Below are positions 27,135 through 41,961 of a stretch of 64,000 bases of DNA, piece by piece (position 1 is the first letter of the stretch; each line of letters opens with the position of its first letter). Under the pieces are notes generated by a model that was not told the DNA's origin, made no database searches, and saw only the letters and a program-made list of their open reading frames with translations. Both the position numbers and the translations under genes were made by a program. The stretch lies in assembly GCA_951406725.2 (NCBI GenBank), contig OX597815.1, positions 89,342,001 to 89,406,000 on the forward strand, written 5' to 3'. The DNA comes from Octopus vulgaris. Lineage: Eukaryota.

Positions 27135-29662
27135 TATGTATATATATATATACACACCTATGTATATATATATATATATATATACATACACAAATAGTGA
27201 GAGGGGCAAGTAGGAAAGATTCAGATATATGCGTGTAATGCAACAAGTGAAGCTATTATCTCTACAACTACTGCCATTCTTACTATCTTTGTCTTCCTTT
27301 TCATTCGGTTTCAGTTGCCTGTCAGATAACTTCGTTTGCGAAGTTTTCAGTTATTATACACGGTGCTTTATTCGTTAGCAGGTGAGAATGTTCGTTTTTA
27401 CAATTTTAAGATGGAAACATCAGATGATTGTGAATGTAAAATCATAGATTCCCTTTGATCATCGCATGTATTTTAACGATAAAGCTCTTGATTCAGACGA
27501 TATAATTATATGCATCTGATGAACCCTGCCGCCACAAATCCCAAATGCATTCGATTATAGTGACTATCAAGTAGTATATATATATCATTTAATGCGCATA
27601 AATCCAGGGCAGAAGCATTCCAAATCGGTCTGCTTAAAACCAAATTTGGATTTGATCAATAAATATTTCATCATTCTTTCTTGTTTGTCATAATCTTGTG
27701 CAAAGGAAACCTAAACCCTTTATTATATACCATGTCACGTAATATCATTTGTTAGTGATAACATTTGTTACATACAGTATTATGTATGAGGTCAGCTCAC
27801 CATTAAGCAACAGCACGTGTATGATAATGTTGCATGTTTTGTCACTGGCGCAGGATTCTATCTTGCTTTCACACTTTCATCGATAGCTGACACTAACATA
27901 AAGCATTGAAATGTATTACATTACAATAAATAAATAAATTCATGCTAAATCAAGTAAAATATGTAAAAAAGAAAACGAGCGAATAACAGAAATATCGATT
28001 TGTAAGAAACGTATATTAAAAAAAAAAGAATGAAGTAAGATGTGTATGTGAGTGAAGTAAAGAAATATAGAAACTGGATGGTCACAAGAATATTTGCGAT
28101 TGTAACATACCCTCTACACTTTTGTATTCTCGAGTGACCTGACAAAAAATTCAGTACCGATAAGTAGTTTCCAAAGAATTGAAATTTGCGTACGTTTACG
28201 TTTTCCATTAGTTCCTGACTATGGAATGAGAACAACACTTTTAGTGCCAACTGTGCAGTACTTGTCAATTTGAACAAATATTTCTGTCAAAGTAAATAAA
28301 AGATTTTAGTCGACTACTCAAATAAGGGAGACAATGGAGACTGAATGAATCATATTGTTTCACCGGCATGTATTTTATCGACTCCCTACATAAAAAAAAC
28401 AAAAACAATTATCGCTCCTGTGATTGACAGCGTTGTGAATGAAACTGGAAGGTAAATTTAATGTTGTTTTTTGGTGAACTTTGGCGAGTCTGGTATTGTT
28501 GTTATCATTCGGGCCAGATCTCACGTCTGAGCGTAACTCCCCTACCCCACCAGTCTTAGAGATCATGAAAATGTTGAGGGAGGTGCTAGTTTTTCATGTA
28601 GCAAGAAGGTCACATAAGATGGTTAACCTTGTTTTATCTTTACTGCCTACTCCTTGAGTAGTTTTTATTTGTTAATCAAGAAAAAAAATTTGATTTAAGA
28701 TTTGTATAAAATTATATTCAAACTTCTGGTCATAAATAAATATAACAACTTTAAAAAGAACGTGACCTCGATAATTTACAGGTAAGAAGAATATATCGAT
28801 TAACTTTCTCGGGGTCCACGCACCGTTTTGCATAGAAGGGGTTAACCCGAATTCAACTAAGAAGACCTGCTCTGTCCAACTTGCTACGTTACCAGAAGCA
28901 ATTCGAGAGAAAGAGCCAAGAAGTGAGTGTGAAATAAAAACCAAACATACTAAAGGGGTTGCTCCAGTTCTGCCGCAGTCTTTGGTTGAAACCAGCGAAA
29001 GCAAATGCAATTAACCGTTTGTTGTTTATTGATCTTACATAGTAGAAAAGCAAACCGAACTCTCCCACAATTTGAACTCTGACAATAGTAAATCCGTTTT
29101 TTTCCCACTCTTGTGATATAGCTTTTGTTAATTTCTACTCAAGTGTATTAATGTTTAACCGAGAGTAATAAATCTCAATTATCAAGAAAGAGAATAATTT
29201 CTTTTGCAAGGAATTATTATTGAATTTTGGAGAATCTATTTCATGCCCAGTTTAAATACCAATTAAAGGAATCAAACATTTTGGTTCCAAAGTCATGACT
29301 AAATATTGATCAGGCATTTGTTTGTTTGAATAAACATGTTACGTTTTGTGAGATAATGTATATGTCAGGTGAATCAATAATCACCGAATTTGAAAATTGC
29401 CACTTATGTATTTGTATACGTATATATGTCTGTTATTTTCCCAACTCGGGGAATTCATACAGAAGCGCGACAGAGAGGAAGTGTAATATATACAGAGAGA
29501 TAAGCAGATATGCGCTTCTACAGAACTGCAGAAAATAAATGAGATTTTTCTAGTTAGTTAATTTAATAGAATTAATTTTTAAACGAAGTACAAAAATGCA
29601 ACGAAAGAACAAAATCCCCAAAATGGGAAGACAAGCAATTATTATCGTTGTTACCATTGTAT

Positions 29663-29894
29663 TCTTTTATTCTTTTATTCATTTACTTGTTTCAGTCATT
29701 TGACTGCGTCCATGCTGGAGCATGGCCTTTAGTCGAATAAATAGACAACATTACTTATTCTTTGTAAGCCTAGTACTTATTCTATTGGTCTCTTGTGCAG
29801 AAATGCTAAGTTACGGGGACGTAAAAACACCAACATCGGTTGCCAAGCGATGGTGGGAAGACAAACACAGACAAATACACAAACACACACACAC

Positions 29895-29927
<33 letters not shown>

Positions 29928-30088
29928 CACGACGAGCTTCTTTCAGTTTCGTTTCCGTCAACCAAATCCACTCACAAGGCTTTGGTCAGTCCGAGGTTAT
30001 AGTAGAAGATGCCACGCAGTGGGACTAAACCCGGAACCATATGGTTGGGAAGCAAGCTTCTTACTACAAACTACTTACCACACAGTCT
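29663..30088 (-). mobile_element. SINE family A, full length
   Basis: Same head, body, internal microsatellite and tail as 30261-30648, in the opposite orientation. Confidence 0.85.
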
Positions 30089-30260
30089 ATTATTGTTTTT
30101 CTTTCAGCCACCCCCTTCCCGGAGACGACCTAATGAAGTACCCAGTCAATCATTGGGTTCAGTGACATTGATTTGCTTCCTCCTCTCGAAATTTTTACCT
30201 TGCACCTAAATTAGAAATCCTTGCTACCAATGATATTGCAAATATTACTATCTATATAAA

Positions 30261-30648
30261 GCGCAGGAGTGGCTGTGTGGTAAGTACCTCGCTTACAACC
30301 ACATCGTCCCGGGTACAGTCCCACTAGGCGATGCCTTGGTCAAGTGTCTTCTACTATAGTCTCAGGCCGACCAAACCTTTGTCAGTGGATTTGGTAGACG
30401 GAAACTGAAAGAAGCCAGTCTTATATATATATATATATGCATATGTTTGTGTGTCTGCGTTTGTTCCCCCACCATCGCTTGACAACCGATCTTGGTGTGT
30501 TTATGTCCCCATAACTTAGAGGTTCCGCAAAAGTCACCGATAGAATATGTACTAGGCTTGCAAAGAATAAGTCCTGGGGTCAATTTGTTCGACTAAAAGC
30601 CGTGCTCCAGCATGGCCGCAGTCAAATGACTGAACAAATAAAAAAAAA
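30261..30648 (+). mobile_element. SINE family A, full length
   Basis: gcgcaggagtggctgtgtggtaag head, B-box-like gggtacagtccc, tail ccagcatggccgcagtcaaatgactgaa plus A-rich end. Confidence 0.85.
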
Positions 30649-31539
30649 TCATTCTTCCTAAAAGTCTTTTTTTCATAATTATTTTTCGTGCTAGAATAAT
30701 ACAAGTTTTATAAGAGAAATAGTAATAACTGAGAAATAATCTAATTTATTTAGCAGCAATAATGAAAAGTAAAATTCACTACAGAAGAGAAAATCTAGAT
30801 AATGAATTAAAAATAAGAAAATACGTAAAGGGTTGTCATGGAAGAAACACACTGATCTCTTTTCTTAAATAGCAATTTCTCTGTCACCAAAACTTAGTGA
30901 GAAATCAGGATTCCATTATTATCAGCTGTACAAAATGAAACGAAGAACTCATGTGCCATGCCGAGGAAATTAAACTTAGCGAATTATTTTTATCGTCTAT
31001 GTAATTTATTGAAAGGAACATTTGTTTCAGTTCCATGATCCAATTATCGCAAATAGCAACAATTACTATATTCTTTTGATATATTGCATCCAGACCGTGT
31101 CAATTCATCCGAGTCATCACTTTAAATACATTGAAATGACGACAAGGAAGTAATACAACACACGCAATGTAAAGAGGTTACGTGATTAAATAAATTTACT
31201 TTCGTCGCCTTGTACGCAACGCAGTACATGTATGATTTTAGGAACAGTCGAAATTTCGGTCAGTCGATCGACAATCTCAACCTTCATAATATTCGACACT
31301 GACAACAAAATAGACAGAGATTATACATAGCTACTCACACGCACCAATGTCTATTTGTGTAAACTAAAATACTATATAAAGTTGTCGATATCTGTTGATT
31401 TAATTATCCCGGACTTGTTGGTATTGCAAGTACTTTACACAACTTTTATAATTCAATTCACGAAAAGCTTCAATTTCTCTCTCCGCTCTCTCAATCTCCA
31501 TTCCTTCCTCCCTCCCTCACGTTCTCCCTACCCCTTCTT

Positions 31540-31596
<57 letters not shown>

Positions 31597-31918
31597 ATAC
31601 ATACATACACACACATACACATATATACATATACTCACTGACATACAGACATACATATGTATACACGCACACATATATATGAGAAATTGCGTTGTGAATA
31701 TGAAATTATTATTCGTGTAGCCGTTGCAACGATACGTGCAAATATTTTGAAATCTTACACTGTTAGAGTTGATGCATAAAATAAAGAAACCCGAGGTTGA
31801 TAGTTTCCGATATTTTGTTAGCTATAGTCTTTACGGTCAAAATCACGCTGGTATCGATTTTATAATAAATCTGTTGTGCTGGTACTGAAGATTAATACTT
31901 GCATACTTATTCTCTTAC

Positions 31919-32025
<107 letters not shown>

Positions 32026-32056
32026 CATATATGCATATATATACATATATATATGC

Positions 32057-32091
<35 letters not shown>

Positions 32092-32106
32092 CATATATAT
32101 ATACGC

Positions 32107-32140
<34 letters not shown>

Positions 32141-32155
32141 GTATATAGATATATT

Positions 32156-32229
<74 letters not shown>

Positions 32230-33859
32230 TTTGTGTGTGTTTGTGTGTGCACGTGTGTGTTTGTACCAAACTATGGAATTATGGGTTCGACTTCAATAAT
32301 AAAAGTATATCCAATATATCGATTAACCCACGACAAAATATTCCGTAAATGGCAGCATCTGAAAACCTATAACTCGACTATGAAGTACCTTACCAGTCGT
32401 AGTTAAAAACATCAAGAAACATCATTATTACTTCGATACGTGCAACAGATGCAGTGTTAGATTAAATTCGAAGTGTATGTGCTATATTTAATGAAATACA
32501 CCCGGGAAAGCCAAATTAACTGGGTGTTGGCCCCGATGTAATATCTTTTAAGGACTTTGAGTCAAGATCAGTAAGTTTTGAAAGGTTTTTGATTATGTGT
32601 ATGTGTGAGTATATGCATTTGTGAATGTGTATGTGTGAGTGTCTGTCTTGTGGAAACTGTTTGAGCTGTAAGTTAAATGACACAACTATATATACCTGTC
32701 GTTGTCGAACATTGTCCAGTAGCGGTGGAGGGAATGCTAGATGTGCATTTCTCGTTTTGCTGCGTTTTGTCAGTAGCTCTTATGCGCTGGCAACCGAATG
32801 CCAATAAAAATTTCGTTGTCAATGATATTGGAAAAAAGTGCTTGAAAAGTTTCCAATGAAATAATTAACCGACCGGAGACATTAGATTGTAACAGGATGA
32901 TTATTATGATTAGCAACGGAAACGCCCGAAAAGTAGAAATCAATTATAGATAGAACTGAAGCGCCATAAAAGACAAGCGTTGTAAAGAGATTATTGATTT
33001 TAAAGTTTATTTAAAATGTATGGTTACGGATCAATTTCCTAAGAGATATGTCTCTGACAAGTGCTCAGAAGAATAACCCTTTTCTGTTGTAGAAATACAT
33101 TAAGCATTATCTCTCTCAACACACGGTTTCACATAAAGAATCCTGCAACACATATTCATAAACGTAAAATAGAATAATATATATATACATAAATATTATA
33201 CACGGATATTATATACATGTGTGTGTGAGCGTCTGTACGTGTGTGTGTGTGCTAGTTAGTATGCGTAAATGTCTATTTATACATGTATGTGCGTGTACAT
33301 ATGTATCCATATAAATTCAAAACGAATGAAAAAGCTTATCGTGGAAATTAAATTTCATTTTTTAACAAGGTAAGTCATGTATTAGATTTGTTGATGTAAA
33401 GCAACGTGTTTATCAATACTAATTTATGCCTTCCGACTTTCAAATGACACGGCACTTTGTCAAACTGTTTGTATACATACCTACAAATATACATACATAC
33501 ACACATATATATAAACACAGCTACCTAGCCACCTACCTACCTACCTACCTACCTACCTACCTACCTACCTACCTACCTACCTACCTACCTACCTACCTAC
33601 ATACATACATACATACATACATACATACATACATACATACATACCTACATACCTACCTACCTACCTATCTACCTACATACATACATATATACATACATAG
33701 GTTTTCATTGGGGCATTCCACCAGTACTCCTTTCTTATTACGAGTGGCTATGGCTTCTACCATGCTGTGGGTTCTTATTTCTTTGTCCTTGGGGTTATCC
33801 TTTCGACGCATTTCATTATATATGTATACATACATACATATACCTTCTATCTTTTACCG

Positions 33860-34810
33860 GTTTCAGCCATGGCTGAAGTTGTTCTGGATCATCACCTTTC
33901 AGTGTGATTGGGTTTCTTTTCTGTAGAGTTTCCGGTTAGATGAAATTGTGCTTATTTCTGCATCATGCTGCAATGCGTATTCCTCTCGCATCTCAGATAA
34001 AAAAAACAGTGTCCAGACACTTATTGACACTTCACATCCACACGTCGCAAATCTCTGAGACTGTTCGGTCGAATGTTGAATAGTTGTAGTCTCTTGAAAT
34101 GCAAACTGTCATAGCAATAGGTCCATATTCTAGATAGAGAGAACAAGATCTTTGGTACTATGTAGTACAATCCAGTTCGGTGGTTGGTATAGTTTTAAAT
34201 TCTAAAGTTGGGGGTTAGATCTTCCATCTGCATATCTTTCACGCCTTCTCTCAAGGGAGTAGAGCTTCAGTTTCTTTAGCCTTCCCTGGAGTTAATCTGT
34301 TGCACTGAGTCAATATTCTTTGTGTAGGGACACTAGATTGCCTCAAATTGCGTCATCAATTTGACGTTCTGAGTTGGAAGCAGTCGTGCATACCATGAAA
34401 ATTCTCCATAGGGTAGCTAGGTATCCTTTGTTCTGGTTCTCAGTGATCTAAGGACCCATTCACCTGCTTACCAGCACAGTGTTTCTACCCTTATACATGT
34501 GGATTCTCAGTTCACACAGCAATTCTTATTCTAGGGTTCCATTAACACCTGGCCCTGTAGTCTAGTTGGGGGCTGATAGTGGAGTGCTTAAAATTTCTCA
34601 GCATTGAAATACACGATATTTTCATCAGCCCATTTGTATATTGTATTCAGCTCCTTTTGCAGTTTTAGTATGTCATTAGGGTCCTTGACCGCCTCTTATA
34701 TCTTTATATCCTTAGCATAGTTGGTGAGAGTAGCCAATTGTATGGCTAAGGGTATTTCCGAGAGAGCCACCAAAAAAGCAGTGATTCCAGTGCTGTTCCC
34801 TGAGGGACTT
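33860..34810 (-). mobile_element. old CR1-like LINE 3' remnant
   Basis: Minus strand VPQGTALESLLF.VALSEIPLAIQLATLTNYAKDIKI, LQKELNTIYKWADEN; same family as 51967-53330. Confidence 0.75.
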
Positions 34811-37740
34811 TGTATATGTTGCGTTTGAATATTTGTGTATTCAATGTGGGGGATGATGGAAGCTGAATTGGAAGCAACACCTAAATGACTTCCTTCTACA
34901 TCAAATGAAAACAAAAAAGAATTTTAATCGACAAAATATTGAAGAGAATACGAAAGTGAAATATATTTGGAATTGGGGCAATACGTTGATAGTTGCTTGT
35001 GAAAAGGTCAAGTTCAGTGGAATTTAATTTTAAAATGAGTTCCAATAAAAGTTGGTGAAGTGTGCGTCTGTTGTATGTGTGGGTGAGTGCTGGTGGTGAC
35101 GTGTTTTCATGTTTTCGTGTGTGCTTGGGAGTAAGTTATAACTAATGATAGAAAGTGATTCTTTAGAGGAATATTTAAGAAATAATCAAAAACAGTATTG
35201 AAGTATATTTTTTTGGCATTAAGATCAAATAGTAACGATTATCTATAGAATTTAAAGCAGGGCAGAAGCTTCAAAAGTGATGGACGGAGTAGTGGAGCTA
35301 TTGACGATGTAAAACAGTGACTGCCGGCTGTGGAATTTGAGGTCAAGATCAGTAAGATTTCAAAGTATGTTGATTCCCTGTGTGTGAGTGTATGCGTTTG
35401 TGAATATGTGTGTATGTGTGTTTGTGTGTATATGTCTGTCTTTTGTGGAATACATTTGAGCTGTAAGTTGTCATATGTTGGCTGTGAAGACCCCCAACCC
35501 ATATGACATGTAATACGTGTAGGTGTACGGTTATATACAGTGTATTTATGTTTACACCGATGTAAACATAAAGACGCATATACACATTTATAATATTGAA
35601 TATTACAAATTCTATCCTGAAATACGTAGAGTTCGTGTTTATTATTTATTTGTATTAATGGTACCTCTGCCGAAATACGTATATTTTGTATATATAGTTA
35701 CACAGTATGATTGCATTTAATAAACATAGAGTCACTTGGAATTTAGATGTGCAATGTTCTAATTATAAATGTAAGAAAATTAGAAATAAAAAAATAAAAT
35801 AATGATAATAATTCTATAATTTCCGTTGTAATTTCAGAAACGGGACATCACAAACTACGTTATATACTGCGTCGGCCTCTTTGAATTATAGAAGTTATAG
35901 CGGAATTAAACAGTATGTTGTTGTTTAAAGAAGAATTGGTTGCTATTTCTAGTAGGATGAGAAACCACATAAAATGTATTTTCTTCGGTGTTTTATCCTT
36001 GTGTGTGTGTGCTGTTCGCTGGCAATAAATAATTTCGATTTTCATCATGTCGTCAATGTATGTACGTATGTATGTATGTATGTATGTATGTATGTATGTA
36101 TGTATGTATGTATGTATGTATGTATGCATGCATGCATGTATGCATGTATGTATGTATGTTTGTATGTACGTATGAATGTTCCCAATGAATAACTTTCCAC
36201 TTGGAAATTGACAGAAACTGTCTTCGATGCACGTCTGATTGCCTAAAATTACAAAAATCTAACAGCTCGTATTATTTCATTAATAATTTCTAGGAGAAAT
36301 AAATGTGATTTTCGTCATTAGTAGGCAAAACTATATCAGTGTAGAACATTCTAGGAAATCACATGAAAATTTGAAATCCATATTCATATAAACAAGCAGT
36401 ATAAGAAAACTAATCATTAATAATATTTATTATATTTTCTAGACACATGAACTGGAGATAATTGAACTCATTTTGATTTCTTTTGTAGGCTTCTAGTAGA
36501 CAGTATATATATGTATATACTGCGTATTCCGTTCGTTTAGTAAATTGTTTTTTTTTAAATATTTCCGGTAGACCAGGAATATCTGCACATCACCATGAAT
36601 GCATTTAATAAAAGGCAAAATACGTTGGGCATCGTTTCCCCATGTTTCGCTGAAAGAGGCAGAAACGCTATGGTCTTAATTCCTCTCATTTATAGGTGCA
36701 AGGCTTGATAGTTATATAGGAAATCGATTTGTGATTAATCCAGAAAAAAATTATATTTCATAACACATAAATGCATAACTTAGCATACAACCGCTTGTAT
36801 TACTTACCTTATACTGCAATAATCTTTCACATAATTTTATCGTTTTTATAACAATGTTCCTTACGCTCTAAGTTAAATAGAGGAATTATATGTGCTTAAT
36901 CTGTTTTCACAGCAGCTATATAATAATTTTATTTATTATTATTGTTTATGGTTTTGTCTTAGCATATTTAGAAAATTGACAAAAGCAAGTTAACGGAATA
37001 AAAACAAAATTCTCATCATCTTATTGTTTTATACAAGACATGACGAAGAAGGTATATTTGATGAAAAAAAAAACAACAATAATATTAGATGAGCATTTAA
37101 CTATGTTATTAATACTCTCTTTCAAAATAAAATAAAACACAGACGGAAAATTACAATTGTATTTCTTTCTATATGTATTTATATAAAAAAAATACAAAGA
37201 AAACATCGAACGTAGCTTAGCAACAAAATGCGGATCTTATGATCGAGACAATCACAAACGATGATATAGTGAACCCTAATAGAGAAACTATTCTGTTTCA
37301 GGCAAAATCTATATGGAGTAATGCTGTTATAAACATTTCCTATGCTTTTTATTCGTTCCTATCTCATTTTTCACTTATAGTTTTCCTTCTGTATTTTTTC
37401 CTCTTGCATAGTTGTTGAGTAGGTTTTTCCTTATAAATAGCTTTTATTTTGTAATCACCGTAGGCTACTTTTAGTGGATAACTTTATGGTGCAGAATATA
37501 GTTTTATAGCGGACTGCACTATACAGAGCAACAATATAAAGTGTACAACAAAATAAGTTAGCAAACATTAGCAGCCTAACTACCAATAGAGGCATCTCTT
37601 TTAGAAAGAAACATTCTAGCTGCTAAAGCAATGATTTAAATGTCAGGCAACAATAGAAAGTGACGCCCTCTCATGTAGAATGTACATGAAGTAAACAAAC
37701 CACAGAAATAGTGTTCGATCATACATACATATATATATAA

Positions 37741-37773
<33 letters not shown>

Positions 37774-37834
37774 TGCATGTATTTATATGCATATATATGT
37801 ATATAGTGTATATATATGTATATGTGTATGTATG

Positions 37835-37888
<54 letters not shown>

Positions 37889-38631
37889 TGCATAACACAC
37901 ACATATGTATATATATTACGTGTGTATATATGCATGCAATTATATGTAAATATATACACAGACACATATTAGCATCAGTCTGTGTGTCTGTATGTGTAAG
38001 TGTATGTGCGTGTGAACTAAGAAGCAAAACATTCCTCAAAAAGATGAAAGGGCAAAGGGATAGAATGAGATGGCGGCTAAATGGAGAGATGTGCTGCAAT
38101 AATTTGCCAAAAGAAAATAGATGTGTAGCAATCAGACATGCATCAAAGACAGTTTCTGTCAATTTCCAAGCAGAAGGTCATTCATTTGATACATACATAC
38201 ATCCATACATATATACCTACCTACATACATACATATACATACACACATACATACTTACATACATACATGCATGCATACCTACACATAGTCACACAGACAC
38301 ACATACAGATAAAATATCCATATATATGTATACATATATATGTGTGTGTGTGTGTAAACATATACATATATATACAGTTGTATGTATAATATATTTATGT
38401 ATGCGGATTTACGTACATATACATAATGTATTTTATATAAATATATATGTATATATACAAATATGTGTGTTTATGTATATATATATACATGCATACACAA
38501 TTACATATATATAATGCACACATACATACGAACAGATACATATAGTATTTATTTGGTTTTCATTACCTTAATACTTATATATACACATTCACACATTCGC
38601 ACATTATTTCCCCCACCCGCATATATATATA

Positions 38632-38688
<57 letters not shown>

Positions 38689-38949
38689 TGCCTATTTACA
38701 TACATGCATGCATAGATCCTCACGTACATGTGCATATACATACAAACATATATACCTGTGTTGTTGTGTTTCTGTTTGTATAGTTAAGTATTGAAAGACA
38801 AATATATTATTTAAATGCATATATTCATAAAGCTCTGCAGATATAGGTCTCTGTCTCTTTCTTTTTAATATTTCTCGAACTGTCTAAGGTTATATTTATC
38901 TGTATCAATATATACACAACTACAGTTGTCTATCTATCCATCTATCTAT

Positions 38950-39009
<60 letters not shown>

Positions 39010-39074
39010 TTTTCTATCTAGCTAGCTAGCTTTATGTGTATATGAATAAAAATGTTTTAATATAGTTAGCATGT

Positions 39075-39240
39075 ACGAGGGTGTGCTAGAAAGTGCCTGG
39101 CTTTGGGTAAAGGAAAATACAAGCGGATCAGTTACTTATTATTTTATTCCACATATTCCCTCTAAGATTCACACTTTTATTGCAGCAGTCACTGTTTTCC
39201 TAAACCCCGTAAAAGAACTTGGAATGTTGGACCTCTTTCA
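39075..39240 (+). mobile_element. mariner-type terminal fragment or MITE
   Basis: Begins TACGAGGGTGTGCTAGAAAGT, a mariner TIR-like start; no ORF. Confidence 0.45.
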
Positions 39241-39824
39241 GCACACCTTCGTATTTATGAATATTACAGTACATATAGATACATATGAAAGGCAATTGTG
39301 AAGAGAGGCTCGCATGCGGGAACATGTACAGACAAATCAAACAAACGCACACACATACAGGTACAGTATGTTTTAACGATTAAATAGTCTGCTTCTTGTG
39401 TACAAATCTAGTTTCTTGTACCTAAGTCATTCTGAGTGAAACTGGCTCGATTGAAATTGTATAGAAGTTCTTCCGGTAGACTACACTTGTAGTAGTTCAC
39501 ATGCACTGCACACCAACTCTTTGCGTGACACTAGATTTGTCTGAAAATTGCATTTTGAATACTCATGTCTGTGGAATGCCCAAGTGGAATTCAATGTCTA
39601 TTCAATTCATTTTATCGACCGAAGCAATACTCATCGTCGAAATCACCACACACACACAACATAGATTCACATACATACCCAAACACATTCATACAGGTAC
39701 TCACTCACATTCTTGCACACACACACATACACACGCAAGCATAAATAACGAAATAGCTATACATATGTATTGGGAGATATATTGGTGCATATATATATAT
39801 GCAGTACCTTAATTATATAAGTAC

Positions 39825-39999
<175 letters not shown>

Positions 40000-40092
40000 G
40001 TTAAAAAACTGGAGAATTAACAAGAAAAAACAACGCGAGGACGTGGCATATACATAATATTAAAAGGACGCCCAGAGAAGGAAATAAAAGGT

Positions 40093-40127
40093 GTTTTACG
40101 TTTCGGACAAAATTCTTCCGCAGAAAC
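40093..40127 (-). ncRNA. degenerate minimal hammerhead (Penelope pLTR-type) in a TA-flanked insert
   Basis: Reverse complement GTTT-CTGcGGA-agaattttgtcc-GAAAC-GTA-AAAC; core A6 and stem II are mutated. Confidence 0.35.
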
Positions 40128-40206
40128 AGGAGACAGAGGAATGTCCAGGACAAAATTAAGGCGGAGGAAAAAATCGACAACTGTCCACATGTGGTTTATA
40201 TAAATA

Positions 40207-40253
<47 letters not shown>

Positions 40254-40257
<4 letters not shown>

Positions 40258-40311
40258 GAGAGTGGAGGGAGAGAGGAGAGTGGAGGGAGAGAGGAGAGTG
40301 GAAGGAGAGAG
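40254..40311. repeat. 18-bp minisatellite (gagagaggagagtggagg) x3
   Basis: Direct reading. Confidence 0.8.
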
Positions 40312-41181
40312 AAATATCTTTCGTTCAGTTTTTTTTTTATATATTTGCGCAGTACCTTAACAAGATCATATATAGTTCTATATTTAAGAGATGAAGAATT
40401 ACGTATTAATAATACGAATCAAGTATGGATTCAGGACATCCGTATACCGCAAGCTGGCCTTTACTGGACGATACCTCAACTTCAGTTCCCACCATCCATA
40501 CAGTGTAAAGAAAGGGATTGCTCAGTGCCTAAAACATCGTGCAAATAATATAAGTAGCGATCGTGATGCACACCACGAAGAAATGATGAAGCTCAATAAC
40601 GATCTGTTAAGCAACAACTACCCCAAGATTGTACTACCCGCTCCTATTATGAAGAAGAGAGAGGATGAGGCCAATAAACTGTCCATAGTCTGTTTACTCT
40701 ATGTGAAAGGCCTCTCCGAATAGATATGCGGCCCATATGACATTAGGACAGTATTCAAGAGTAATACAGCACTTCGCAAATATCTCCTTCAAGTAAAACC
40801 ACCAATAAAAGTGAATATGACCAAAAACTACGTGTACTCCATCTCATGCAGCTGTGGTAGGTTATACAAAGGCGAAACATGCCGCCCCTCAAAATAAAAG
40901 TAGACGAACATCGCAAAGCTGTGACACGATGAGATATTGATAAATCGGGTATCGCTGATCATGTATGGAAAAATGGGGACCACCTACCCTTGTGGGATGG
41001 AGTTAAAATAATAGACAGAGAACACCACTGGAAAATACGAAAACTAAAAGAAGCAGCACAAACGCTAGGCCACAACAACCTCCTAAGCAGACTGAGTGCA
41101 GATATGAGTAGCATATAGGAACCGGTATTAAAGAAAGATAGAAAAAATATTAGATTTAAAATTCACTCCATAATTGCCCAC

Positions 41182-41255
41182 GGGTATATGGTGTAGTGGT
41201 TAAGAGCGCAGTCTACTAACCCCAAGATTCCGAGTTCGATTCCAAGAAGTGACCT
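41182..41255 (+). other. tRNA-like (Pol III A/B box) segment in the PLE 3' region
   Basis: ggtatatggtgtagtggttaagagcgcagtctactaaccccaagattccgagttcgattcc: A box tggtgtagtgg, B box gttcgattcc; not a canonical tRNA. Confidence 0.6.
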
Positions 41256-41328
41256 GAATAATAATAATAATAACAATAATAATAACAACAACAACAACAA
41301 CAACAACAACATAAAAAAATACCTTAGG

Positions 41329-41370
41329 ACACCCGAAGAAGGCTGGAGGTTATATCAGCCGAAACGTTGT
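41329..41370 (+). ncRNA. partly degenerate minimal hammerhead of the PLE pLTR
   Basis: acAC-CCGAAGA-aGGCTG-gaggttatat-CAGCC-GAAAC-GTT-GT; stem I truncated. Confidence 0.55.
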
Positions 41371-41890
41371 AGAACATTCTAAACAATTTCTCTATTGTAA
41401 TCCAACCAAAATATTTAATTATTTAAATATTTCCTATTTAAATGTAGACAGTGGTAAAATTGTACCTAGTAAACTAACTGAAAATTCGAACCCCTTAATA
41501 TCACACACTACTTTCCAGAGAAGAAAAAACGAGATTCTAACATTATATTATGTTACATTTAGCATAGCTAAATTATGTTATATTTAGCATAGCTTGCAAA
41601 CGATAACATGACGTGTACTGTAAAATATTCGACAACAAATTTGGTCATTCAAGGCAGATTTCAAACAAAAGTAAACAAGTATGAGATCAAGTATAGCACA
41701 AGAGTTTTAACATTTTCATTGAGGTCACCATCACAGGCCCTTTATTCATTATTTAGGCGCGGCTACAAGACAGTGCTGAATCCTCATACACATCTGACAA
41801 GGTGAAAATGTGTTAGATGAAAATTAGGAATGTGTTTCTGTTGTACAGTCTGTATTTGACAATTATGTATGTGTGATTCCAACACGCATA

Positions 41891-41933
<43 letters not shown>

Positions 41934-41961
41934 GTACGTATATATATATATATATATATAT

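Larger units (their letters stand above)
40385..41370 (+). mobile_element. 5'-truncated Penelope-like element: RT thumb, GIY-YIG endonuclease and 3' pLTR
   Basis: FRTSVYRK..FTGRYLNFSSHHP.SVKKG, LLSNNYP, LLYVKGLSE, NYVYSISCSCGRLYKGETCR...EH, KSGIADHVW, W..VKIIDRE.HWKIRKLKEA; several stops. Confidence 0.9.

Noticed and set aside
27511-27633. CTGATGA-accctg...caggg-ca-GAAGC...GTC-tgc as a hammerhead
   Set aside because: GAAA is mutated and stems I and III are too weak; could be chance or a very old fossil.
41182-41255. Functional tRNA gene
   Set aside because: Acceptor and anticodon stems do not pair well, and it is embedded in mobile-element sequence.
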